The notes under the pieces were generated by a model that made no database searches, was not told the origin of the DNA, and was given only the letters and a program-made list of their open reading frames with translations. 32,000 bases of DNA from contig JAPHEG010000006.1 of the NCBI GenBank assembly GCA_029259515.1, positions 42,654 through 74,653 on the forward strand, written 5' to 3'. A program made the translations under genes and the position numbers. Origin of the DNA: Candidatus Thermodesulfobacterium syntrophicum. GTDB taxonomy: Bacteria; Desulfobacterota; Thermodesulfobacteria; Thermodesulfobacteriales; Thermodesulfobacteriaceae. Shown here in pieces: positions 8,123 through 16,235 of the stretch. Numbering within the stretch: position 1 is the first letter of the stretch; each line of letters opens with the position of its first letter.

Positions 8123-8816
8123 GTCCAGGAATTAAAGTTCCTCTAAAATCTAAAACAGCTCTTATACTATAACATACTTTTTCCCCGGGCTTTAACTCAT
8201 CAAAGTATTCCTCTTTCCCTCTTACCTTTATAAAGTTGATCTTTTCTTCAGATCTCTTTTCTATTTCATAAAAGGCTTCTCCTTCCAAAAAAAGCCCATA
8301 GATATCTTTTTCTGGTTTTTTCCATGTAATTAACACGGCATCTTCCCCAAAAAGTCTAAGTTGAAATGACTGAGGAAGACCTGGGGGATTGTGCCAAAAA
8401 ATAGTAATAGGCTCTGTAAAGGGTGTTTCTACCAAAAAGTCCTTAACAACTTTTACTCTGTAAGTGTATTGGTGACGATGCTTGAGATTGTAATCATTAT
8501 AAATAAACAGATTACCTGCTGAGTGAAGCTTGGGAGAAATCTTTATAACTTTTCTCTTTTTTTTAGCCTTAGGAATATCCAAAGGGACCTCGATTTTTTC
8601 AATAATCAACTTTTTAATTTTATTTAAAGAATAACCTCCCTGAGTTTTTATTGGAAGATAAACCAAAATTTCTGCTCCCTGAGTATTTAATTTAATTTCA
8701 AAAGAAAGTCCCTTAGGAATACTTTCTTCTATAGGAAATGGCTCTGTTTTTTTACCACAGGATAAAATTAAAAATCCAAGTCCAAAAAGGAATAAAAATT
8801 TTTTAATTTTTTTCAT
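8094..8816 (-). CDS. hypothetical lipoprotein with two FN3-like beta-sandwich repeats
   Basis: MKKIKKFLFLFGLGFLILSCGKK is a signal peptide plus lipobox (LSC). AGGAG lies 6 nt upstream of this ATG. The repeats end in YTYRVKVV and VLITWKKP...YSIRAV. The ORF-track start (8864) would overlap the fumarase gene. Confidence 0.6.
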   Translation of the reverse strand: MKKIKKFLFLFGLGFLILSCGKKTEPFPIEESIPKGLSFEIKLNTQGAEILVYLPIKTQGGYSLNKIKKLIIEKIEVPLDIPKAKKKRKVIKISPKLHSAGNLFIYNDYNLKHRHQYTYRVKVVKDFLVETPFTEPITIFWHNPPGLPQSFQLRLFGEDAVLITWKKPEKDIYGLFLEGEAFYEIEKRSEEKINFIKVRGKEEYFDELKPGEKVCYSIRAVLDFRGTLIPGPKTPYKCVK

Positions 8817-8824
8817 AAGCTCTC

Positions 8825-9664
8825 CTATAAAATCTTTATTCTGACTATTCTTGCAGAATGACACTGAATATTTACAGCAACTGGCAAACTTGCTATGTGG
8901 CAGGGACAGGTTTCAATGTGAACTCCCAAGCATGTTGTTTTTCCACCAAATCCAAGGGGTCCTATTCCTAAATTATTTATTTCTTTTAAAAGTTCTTCTT
9001 CGAGTCTTGCTATTTCAGGATTTGGATACTTTTTGCCCAGTGGTCTAAAAAGTGCTTTTTTGGAAATTAAAGCTGATTTTTCAAAATTACCTCCTATCCC
9101 AACTCCCAAAATAATAGGAGGACATGGATTAGGACCAGTTTTTTTAACTGTTTCTATTACAAATTCTTTAATCCCTTCTATCCCCTTTGAAGGAGAAAGC
9201 ATACAAAGTGCACTCATATTTTCACTTCCACATCCCTTAGGCATAAGATAAATTTCAAAAACATCTTCAGCAACTATCTCATAATGGATAATAGCTGGGG
9301 TATTGGTATTCGTATTTTTTCTGGTAAGAGGATCACAAACTGATGCTCTTAAAAAACCCTCTTTATAAGCAAGATACAATCCTTCATTAATAGCCTTTTC
9401 TAAGTTATTAACTCTTATACCTTCTCCTATCTTAACCCATACCACAGGAATTCCTGTATCCTGACAAAGAGGCAAGTTTTCTTTTTCGGCTATTTCAGCA
9501 TTTTTAAGAAGGATCTCTAAAACTGCTTTAGCTAAAAGATTTTCTTCTTTCTCTAAAGCTTTTTTTAAAGCTTCTTTTACTTCCTGAGAAAGATTTTTGC
9601 AGGCTTTAATATAACCCTCTTTAATCAAAAATACTATTTCTTCGTAAGGAATCTCCTTTTTCAT
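8825..9664 (-). CDS. Fe-S type hydro-lyase alpha subunit (class I fumarate hydratase / tartrate dehydratase alpha)
   Basis: 279 aa with LPLCQDTGIPVVWVKIG, MPKGCGSENMS and GIGG motifs, typical of the alpha subunit of two-subunit class I fumarases. Confidence 0.85.
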   Translation of the reverse strand: MKKEIPYEEIVFLIKEGYIKACKNLSQEVKEALKKALEKEENLLAKAVLEILLKNAEIAEKENLPLCQDTGIPVVWVKIGEGIRVNNLEKAINEGLYLAYKEGFLRASVCDPLTRKNTNTNTPAIIHYEIVAEDVFEIYLMPKGCGSENMSALCMLSPSKGIEGIKEFVIETVKKTGPNPCPPIILGVGIGGNFEKSALISKKALFRPLGKKYPNPEIARLEEELLKEINNLGIGPLGFGGKTTCLGVHIETCPCHIASLPVAVNIQCHSARIVRIKIL

Positions 9665-9669
9665 CTTCT

Positions 9670-10599
9670 TTAGCCCTCAATTTTATCAAAAATAAACAAA
9701 CTTTCTTCAATCCTTTCCCTTAAAACTAAGCTTTTTTCTATTTCGTTTTTTATGTCCTCTAAAGCAAAAGTCAGGTTATCAAAACTGCCACAATAAATTA
9801 AAAGATTGTGTCCACTTGCAAGACTTAAAATTATTCTCTCTTGAAGCTCCCAATCTTTTAACGCACCCATATTCAGATCATCAGTCAATATGGCTCCTTT
9901 ATAATTTAAATCCTTTCTTAAGATGTTTATAATTTTGGAAGAAAAGGTTGCTGGTTTGGGATCAATTCCATTTATACAAAGGTGAGTGGTCATAATAAAA
10001 TCTATTTTTTCTTCTTCAAAAAGGTATTTATAAGGATAAAGACTTTCTTCATCCAAAGTTTCTTTAAAAGGAAGTTCTTTATGGGGATCAGTTTTAACAT
10101 CTTTCAGTCCTGGAAAGTGTTTAAGGCAGGTAAAAACTCCTTCTTTTTTGTGCTCTGTTATAAAAATATAGGCAAGTTCTTTTACCAGTTTTGGGTCTTT
10201 CCCAAAGGTTCTTTCTTTTAGAAATTCTTCAGCGGTCTCATCAGCAAGATCAACACAGGGAGCAAGATTAAGATTGAGACCTTTTCTTTTTACAGAATGA
10301 GCTATACTTTCTGCCCATGTCCTAACTATTTTTTCTCCTTCTTTTAAATACTTTTTTGCAATCTCCGAAGGAGATGCATATTCTCCCTCAATTCTACAAA
10401 CCCTTCCACCTTCCTGATCAACTGCTAAAAATCTTAATTTAATTTTTCCTTTAAGAGAGGAAATGTAATAATTAAGGTCTTCTTCGAAATGCTCTTTAAA
10501 AAAGATAAAGTTTGAAAAATTTAATTCCTTATAAAGGGTTACATTTTTTTCTAAATTTTCAGGTTTAATCAAAAAAAGTTTGCCAATATATTTAAACAT
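9670..10599 (-). CDS. nagZ: glycoside hydrolase family 3 N-terminal-domain protein, beta-N-acetylhexosaminidase (NagZ-like)
   Basis: AVDQEGGRVCR, KHFPG and ILTDDLNMGAL motifs. 309 aa, single GH3 domain. Confidence 0.75.
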   Translation of the reverse strand: MFKYIGKLFLIKPENLEKNVTLYKELNFSNFIFFKEHFEEDLNYYISSLKGKIKLRFLAVDQEGGRVCRIEGEYASPSEIAKKYLKEGEKIVRTWAESIAHSVKRKGLNLNLAPCVDLADETAEEFLKERTFGKDPKLVKELAYIFITEHKKEGVFTCLKHFPGLKDVKTDPHKELPFKETLDEESLYPYKYLFEEEKIDFIMTTHLCINGIDPKPATFSSKIINILRKDLNYKGAILTDDLNMGALKDWELQERIILSLASGHNLLIYCGSFDNLTFALEDIKNEIEKSLVLRERIEESLFIFDKIEG

Positions 10600-11713
10600 T
10601 ATCTTTAAAGTATTCCGAAAAGATTTGTAAGGTTTTTTCTATATCCTCAAGATTTGTATATCTTCCTATGGAAAATCTTATCATCCCCTCGGATATTTCT
10701 TGAGGGAGCTTTAAGGCAAGGAGGGTTTGAGAACCCTTTCTGTCATGACACGCTGAACCAGTTGAGGCACATATTTGTGGAAGATCAGAAAGTATTTTAG
10801 CTCCACTTTTCCCAACAAAAGAAACTGCCAAAGTATTAGGCAGAGTTTTTTCTGGAATACCAAACCGATATAGCTTAGGATAAATTTCCTTAAGTCCCTG
10901 AAAAAGTTTCTCCCTTAAAAAAATTAATCTTTCTTCTTCTGAAGTTACATCTCTTTTAGCTATTTCCGAAGCCTTAGCAAAAGCTGCTATTAAACCGGTA
11001 AATTCAGTCCCTGCCCTTATTCCTTTTTCCTGACCTCCTCCTAAAAATATAGGTTCTATTTCTACACCTTTTCTGATATAAAGAGCCCCTATTCCTTTTG
11101 GAGTATACATTTTGTGCCCTGCCATACTTAAAAGATCACATCCAATTTCTTTAACATCTACCTCTATTTTACCCACTGCCTGACATGCATCAGTATGGAA
11201 ATAAATTTCTCTTTCTCTGCAAATCTCAGCTATTTCTTTAACAGGTTGAATAGTACCTATTTCGTTATTTGCCATCATTATAGAAACCAGTATTGTATTT
11301 AGCTTTAAACGCTTTTTTACCTCTTCTGGCTCCACATAACCGTTAGAATTTACAGGAACAAAGTCTACCTCAAATCCCATTTCTAAGAGTTTTACCGCTG
11401 GTTTTAAAACTGATGGATGCTCAAAGGCACTAACAAGTAAGTGTCCTTTCCTCTTAGAGATTGCTATCCCAAGTAAAGCAAGATGATTTGCCTCTGTTCC
11501 ACCTGAAGTAAAAATTATCTCTTCAGTTTCAGCATTGATTAACTCTGCTACCTTTTTGCGAAACTCTTCTAATCTTTCTCTAACAAATCTTCCAAATTTA
11601 TGAGCAGAACTTGGATTGGCAAAATATTCAGCTGAATAAAGTCTAAATTCCTCTATAACTTCTGGTAAAGAGGGGGTAGTTGCATTGTAATCTAAGTAAA
11701 TAACGTCTTTCAT
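10592..11713 (-). CDS. cysteine desulfurase (NifS/IscS class V aminotransferase family)
   Basis: YLDYNATTP N-terminus, PLP-lysine context SMAGHKMYTPKGIGALY, and catalytic-Cys loop STGSACH. Confidence 0.85.
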   Translation of the reverse strand: MKDVIYLDYNATTPSLPEVIEEFRLYSAEYFANPSSAHKFGRFVRERLEEFRKKVAELINAETEEIIFTSGGTEANHLALLGIAISKRKGHLLVSAFEHPSVLKPAVKLLEMGFEVDFVPVNSNGYVEPEEVKKRLKLNTILVSIMMANNEIGTIQPVKEIAEICREREIYFHTDACQAVGKIEVDVKEIGCDLLSMAGHKMYTPKGIGALYIRKGVEIEPIFLGGGQEKGIRAGTEFTGLIAAFAKASEIAKRDVTSEEERLIFLREKLFQGLKEIYPKLYRFGIPEKTLPNTLAVSFVGKSGAKILSDLPQICASTGSACHDRKGSQTLLALKLPQEISEGMIRFSIGRYTNLEDIEKTLQIFSEYFKDNV

Positions 11714-11729
11714 CTTTAAAATTATTAAA

Positions 11730-12401
11730 TCATTTTTCTGCTCTCACCACTACAAAAGCCCCAAAATTTTTAAATATCCTGTTTAACTTTCTGTCTAATT
11801 TAAATGCTAACTGAGTAAACGGGAAAAAGGAAGGAAAAAAAATAATGCCTCTTGTTTCTATATTTTTAAACCCTGCTTTTTGACAAAGATTTTTCAGTTC
11901 CTTTGGAGTATAAAATCTTGCATACCTATAAGCTGTCTCTACAAAAAGACTTTTAATCCTCTTAAACAAAAACCACAAACTTCTTCCATTCATTGTGCCA
12001 ATTAATACTTCTCCTCCGGGCTTTAAAACTCTGTAGATTTCTTTCATAACTTTTGTGGGTTCTTTTATAAACTCAAACATAGTAATACTTACAACCAGAT
12101 TAAAAACTTGATCTTTAAATGGTAAAAAATAGGCGTTACCATTTATAAAAAGAATTTTTGGAACTTTTTTTCTGGCAACCTTTAACATTTCTTTACTTGA
12201 ATCAAGACCAATCACTTCAAAACCCTTTTTATGAAGCTCTAAGGTATAATTTCCTGTTCCACAACCAAGATCTAAAGAAAACCCCTTTTTAATTTTTAAT
12301 AAGGATAGGATAAGTTCTTTTTCTGTTTTGTCTACATAACTTCCTGTCTTAGTTGTATACCAGCTATCATAAACCTTTGCAATTTTATCAAAATATTTCA
12401 T
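11730..12401 (-). CDS. class I SAM-dependent methyltransferase (Methyltransf_11-like)
   Basis: SAM-binding motif LDLGCGTGNYTLEL, plus VLKPGGEVLIG. The start ATG (12401-12399) overlaps the TGA (12400-12398) of the upstream giant ORF. Confidence 0.75.
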   Translation of the reverse strand: MKYFDKIAKVYDSWYTTKTGSYVDKTEKELILSLLKIKKGFSLDLGCGTGNYTLELHKKGFEVIGLDSSKEMLKVARKKVPKILFINGNAYFLPFKDQVFNLVVSITMFEFIKEPTKVMKEIYRVLKPGGEVLIGTMNGRSLWFLFKRIKSLFVETAYRYARFYTPKELKNLCQKAGFKNIETRGIIFFPSFFPFTQLAFKLDRKLNRIFKNFGAFVVVRAEK

Positions 12402-15400
12402 TTTGTAGTGAGTAATTTCTCTATTTCCTCTTCTGGCATAGGCTTTGCTAAATAAAATCCTTGCACATAATCACAACCCATAATATCCAAGTATTGAAGC
12501 TGTTCCTTTGTCTCTACCCCTTCTGCCAAGACTTTCATATCAAAAGAGTGCCCAATATCAATCATGTTTTTTATAAGAGCTATCTCTTTTCTGCTCTTTA
12601 ACATTTCTTTAATGAAAATTCTATCAATTTTAAGAATATCAAAAGGGATCTCCTTTAAATAACTCAAGGAAGAATATCCTATTCCAAAGTCATCAAGAGC
12701 AACTTTTATTCCTTGACTTTTGAAAAATTTTACCAGTTCTTTTATTTCCTCTACATTCTGAACAATAACTCTTTCAGTAATTTCTATTATCAGGTTTGAA
12801 AAAAACTGCTTAGACCTAAACCTCTTTGTTAGTCTTTTAGCGAAATCTAAATCAACAGAAGATTTACCAGAAATATTAAAAGAAATAGAAATTTTCCATT
12901 TTAAAATTTTTTCTTCAAGAGTTTTTATTCCCCATTCTTCAAAATCCCTCAAATAGGGACTATTTTCCAGATATTCTAAAAATTCTGAGGGCAAATGAAG
13001 TGTTCCGTCCTTCTCTTTTATTCTTACTAAAGCCTCAAGCCCTGCTATTTTTAGTGTATTTACATCAAAGTAGGGTTGATAATAAAAAACAAAAAGCTCT
13101 TCTTCAAAGGCTCTTTTTACAAGAGACTCACTTTTAAAATAAATATCTATCTTTTTACCTATTAAAGATGAATAAAATTCAACAGTTCCCTTTCCTTTTC
13201 TTTTTGCTTCGTTAAGAGCTAAATTGGCATTTTTCCAGAGCTCTTCAAAACTCTTTCCGTCTTGTGGAAAAATGGCAACTCCTGCATTAAAATCAATTTT
13301 TACAGTTTCGTTTTTCAGTTTCATAGGTTCTGAAATCAAATCTTTTAAAGTTTTTAAAATTTCAAAAATTTGCCTTTTATCTTTCAAATGGTAAAAGAAA
13401 ACAACAAAAGTATCAGAAAAAGCTCTGCTAACTAAGCCTTTATTTTTAAGGGGCTCAAGTCTTCTTGCTATTTCTTCTAAACAAAAATTTCCTCCCTCGT
13501 GTCCAAACATGGTATTTATGTAAGTAAAATCGCAAAGATCAACTATAATCAAAGCTCCTTCTTCAGAAATAAAGGGAAAAATATTTTTTACCCTTTTACG
13601 AAATCCTTCGTAGTTTAAAAGTTTTGTTAAAGGATCCATAAATCTTGCTTTATCAAGCATATCTTCAAACTCTAAAATCTTTGATACATCTTCAGCTATC
13701 AAGATATATCTAAAAAATTCTTCATCCAGTTTAATAGCATTAATCTTCATATCAAACCACAGAGTTCCCTTAGAGGTTTCAATACTTACTGGAATTCTCA
13801 AAGGTTTATCTAATCTTGCTTTAAAGAAATTTGCAAGATTTTCTCCTTTAAATTTAAATCCTAAAATCTCAATAGGTTTTCCTATAAGTTTATCTTGAGA
13901 AAAACCCAAGATTTTACTTCCTTTCTCATTTATGAACATAATAGTTCCTTCCTGATTTAAGCTAATTACCACTTCTTCAAGATTTCTTAAAGTTTCTGCA
14001 AATATCTTTTCTCTTCTAAAAAGTTCCAATTTCTTAATTCCAAATTCTAAATCTCTTTTTAATTCTTCCAGAATTTCTCTGTTTTCTTCTTCAAAAAATG
14101 AAGGCTCATCAGCATAAAGAGCTAAAACATATTTTATTTCATCTTCTATTTTTATAGGTATTGCAGCTACTGATCTCAAACCCAATTTTAAAGCTGGCTT
14201 TCTCCAAGGAGAAAATTTTGGGTCTGTTTCAGTATCAGCAATAATTTGAATTTTATCCTCTCTAAATGCTCTTCCTACAGGTCCTCTTCCTTCAGGAACA
14301 CTTTCTTCCATAGAAACTTTTATTTTTTTTAAATAATCTACTGCAACTCCAAATGAATAAACAGGTTTTATAAGTCTTGTCTCGTAGTCAGGAACTCCAA
14401 TCCAAATAAGTCTCATTCCATAAGTATCTGTTAAAATTTTACTTATTTTATTAAAAAATTCTTTTTCTGATTTGACTTCAACTAATTTCTGATTAATCTC
14501 TCTTAACATTTTAAGAAGTTTTTCTATCCTTACTTTCTTAGTAATATCAATTATCATCAACAAACCAGATGGTTTTCCTTCATAAAGAACTGTAATTGAA
14601 GAAACAAGTGCATAAACCTTTTTATCTCTTTTAGTCCTTAAAACCATATCTTTCCATGTCATTAAAAATCGTTCTCCCTTAGATCTTCTTTTTGCAATTT
14701 CTCTCACTCTCTTTTTGTCCTTTTCAAAATAAATAATATCTTCTGGCTTCAACTGAGAGAATTCTTCTTGGGTATATTCAAGAAGTTCACATATAAAAGG
14801 GTTGGCATAAATGTATTTTTCCCTATAAATAAGAATTCCTATAAAAGGATTTTTAAGTAATATTTCTGATAACTCCTTTATTTTAGAAATTTCAAAATAT
14901 TTTGCACTATTCATAACGACCTTTAAAAAACTTTGATAATTTTCAAAAGTTGTTTTCTTTTCTATAAAAATTTTTCTAAAACCCTTAAATAAAGTTTTCC
15001 CCCTAATGGTTATAAAGGGAGTCACCTTTTTCAAGGAAATTCTTAGTCTCTTAAGTGCTTCTTCTCCTATAACCTCTTTTTTTCTTATTTCTATAAGTCT
15101 CTTAGCTGAAGTAGGGCCTATTCCAGGAACTTTTATCAGTTCCCAGTAATCTGCTTTAGTAATTTCTACAGGAAAAAACTCTGGATGAGAAAGGGCCCAT
15201 CTTAGCTTAGGATCGATTTTGATATCAAGGTTTTCTTCCTTATCAAAAAGTTCCTCCAAGCTAAATCCATAAAATCTTAAAAGCCAGTCTGCCTGATAAA
15301 GCCTGTATTCTCTTAAATAAGGAGGTTTCTCTGAAGGTAAATCTTTATCTCTGTTTACAGGAATATAAGCGGAATAATAAACCCTCTTTACCAAGTCCTT

Positions 15401-16105
15401 TTTATATAAATTTTGAGAAAGTTTTAGGATTGTTTTATCTGTATCAGGAGTTACCCCTATAATAAGCTGTGTGGAAGTTGAACTTTCTTTTTCAAGTTCC
15501 TCTTTCAAAGACTTTATTTTAGCTAAGGTTGCAACAAGACTTTTTTGTTCTTTATCTGGAGCCAACCTTTTCAAACTCTCTTGAGTAGGCAACTCAATAT
15601 TACAACTAACTCTGTTTGCAAGTAAAATAGCTTTTTTTATAAGCTCTTCTGATGTTCCAGGAAGTATCTTTAAATGTATGTAAGCCTTAAATCCGTGTTT
15701 TCTTCTTAAAATTTCAACAGTTTTTATCATTTGCTCCATTGTATCATCAGAAGAAGGATAAATACCAGAGCTTAAGAACAGCCCCTTTATATGGCCTTTT
15801 CTATACAAATCTGTGGTAAGTTCAGCCAATTCTTTCGGAGTAAAAGATGTTCTTCTTATGTCATTTTTCCTTCTATGGTAACAATACTTACAATTATTAA
15901 TACAAAAATTAGTATAAAGAACTTTTAAGAGAGGAAAACATTTACCATTAGAGAGCCAAACATAATGGATACCACCCAATCCTCTGGTAAAATTATAAGT
16001 ATTTATTTTTATTCTCTTTCCACTTCCGGTGCAGACATTATCAAATTCTGCAGCCTGAGAAAGGATTTTAAGTTTGGTATAAGTGTCTTTTTTAATCATC
16101 TTCAA
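12398..16105 (-). CDS. multidomain fusion: DNA modification/repair-type radical SAM module + HhH, then PAS-GAF-PAS-degenerate GGDEF-EAL (c-di-GMP phosphodiesterase)
   Basis: Single uninterrupted 1235-codon ORF. The radical SAM motif FCINNCKYC is at aa 67-75 (nt 15881-15904). The N-terminus is KLKILSQAAEFDNVC. The HhH VPGIGPTSAKRLIEI is at nt 15092-15133. PAS-like regions span about aa 405-525 and 700-812, and a GAF-like region spans about aa 545-690. The GGDEF-like domain spans about aa 820-978, with SRAFSDTF where R.GGDEF is expected. The EAL domain spans about aa 990-1230 and has intact EALVR, DDFGIGYSSLSYL, EGVE and QG motifs. The likely start is ATG 16099 (the ORF track uses TTG 16105). 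Confidence 0.85.
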   Translation of the reverse strand: MKMIKKDTYTKLKILSQAAEFDNVCTGSGKRIKINTYNFTRGLGGIHYVWLSNGKCFPLLKVLYTNFCINNCKYCYHRRKNDIRRTSFTPKELAELTTDLYRKGHIKGLFLSSGIYPSSDDTMEQMIKTVEILRRKHGFKAYIHLKILPGTSEELIKKAILLANRVSCNIELPTQESLKRLAPDKEQKSLVATLAKIKSLKEELEKESSTSTQLIIGVTPDTDKTILKLSQNLYKKDLVKRVYYSAYIPVNRDKDLPSEKPPYLREYRLYQADWLLRFYGFSLEELFDKEENLDIKIDPKLRWALSHPEFFPVEITKADYWELIKVPGIGPTSAKRLIEIRKKEVIGEEALKRLRISLKKVTPFITIRGKTLFKGFRKIFIEKKTTFENYQSFLKVVMNSAKYFEISKIKELSEILLKNPFIGILIYREKYIYANPFICELLEYTQEEFSQLKPEDIIYFEKDKKRVREIAKRRSKGERFLMTWKDMVLRTKRDKKVYALVSSITVLYEGKPSGLLMIIDITKKVRIEKLLKMLREINQKLVEVKSEKEFFNKISKILTDTYGMRLIWIGVPDYETRLIKPVYSFGVAVDYLKKIKVSMEESVPEGRGPVGRAFREDKIQIIADTETDPKFSPWRKPALKLGLRSVAAIPIKIEDEIKYVLALYADEPSFFEEENREILEELKRDLEFGIKKLELFRREKIFAETLRNLEEVVISLNQEGTIMFINEKGSKILGFSQDKLIGKPIEILGFKFKGENLANFFKARLDKPLRIPVSIETSKGTLWFDMKINAIKLDEEFFRYILIAEDVSKILEFEDMLDKARFMDPLTKLLNYEGFRKRVKNIFPFISEEGALIIVDLCDFTYINTMFGHEGGNFCLEEIARRLEPLKNKGLVSRAFSDTFVVFFYHLKDKRQIFEILKTLKDLISEPMKLKNETVKIDFNAGVAIFPQDGKSFEELWKNANLALNEAKRKGKGTVEFYSSLIGKKIDIYFKSESLVKRAFEEELFVFYYQPYFDVNTLKIAGLEALVRIKEKDGTLHLPSEFLEYLENSPYLRDFEEWGIKTLEEKILKWKISISFNISGKSSVDLDFAKRLTKRFRSKQFFSNLIIEITERVIVQNVEEIKELVKFFKSQGIKVALDDFGIGYSSLSYLKEIPFDILKIDRIFIKEMLKSRKEIALIKNMIDIGHSFDMKVLAEGVETKEQLQYLDIMGCDYVQGFYLAKPMPEEEIEKLLTTK

Positions 16106-16110
16106 ATTTT

Positions 16111-16138
16111 AATTTAAAAAGATGGCTCTCTTTGTCAA
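16111..16138 (-). promoter_or_regulatory. putative promoter of the radical-SAM fusion gene string
   Basis: On the minus strand: TTGACA (16138-16133), a 16-nt spacer, then TAAATT (16116-16111). The -10 element ends only 6-12 nt from the candidate start codons, implying a very short or absent 5' UTR. Confidence 0.3.
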
Positions 16139-16235
16139 GAAAAATTTTCAAAAACAGGGCTTGCTTTTTTTATTTTTCTTTTTATGGTTTATTTTTTAAT
16201 TTAAAAAATAGTGTCAGGGGAGTTTTTAAAAATAT

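Noticed and set aside
8817-8864. N-terminal extension MSFCKNSQNKDFIGEL of the lipoprotein ORF, as given in the ORF track.
   Set aside because: It would overlap the 3' end of the fumarase gene by 40 nt. The internal ATG at 8816 has an AGGAG SD and gives a textbook signal peptide and lipobox.
7603-10221. Antisense ORFs 7603-7875 (in rsmD), 8851-9048 and 9033-9251 (in the fumarase alpha gene), and 9982-10221 (in the nagZ-like gene).
   Set aside because: Each lies opposite a gene with clear family motifs. They have no SD, no motifs and low-complexity sequence.
12398-16105. Possibility that the 1235-aa ORF is two genes (a radical SAM gene plus a PAS-GGDEF-EAL gene) joined by a sequencing or assembly artefact.
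   Set aside because: There is no stop or frame break anywhere in the ORF, and the linker region (aa about 385-405) reads as ordinary protein sequence. An error cannot be excluded from the sequence alone, so this is kept as a check in the finding.
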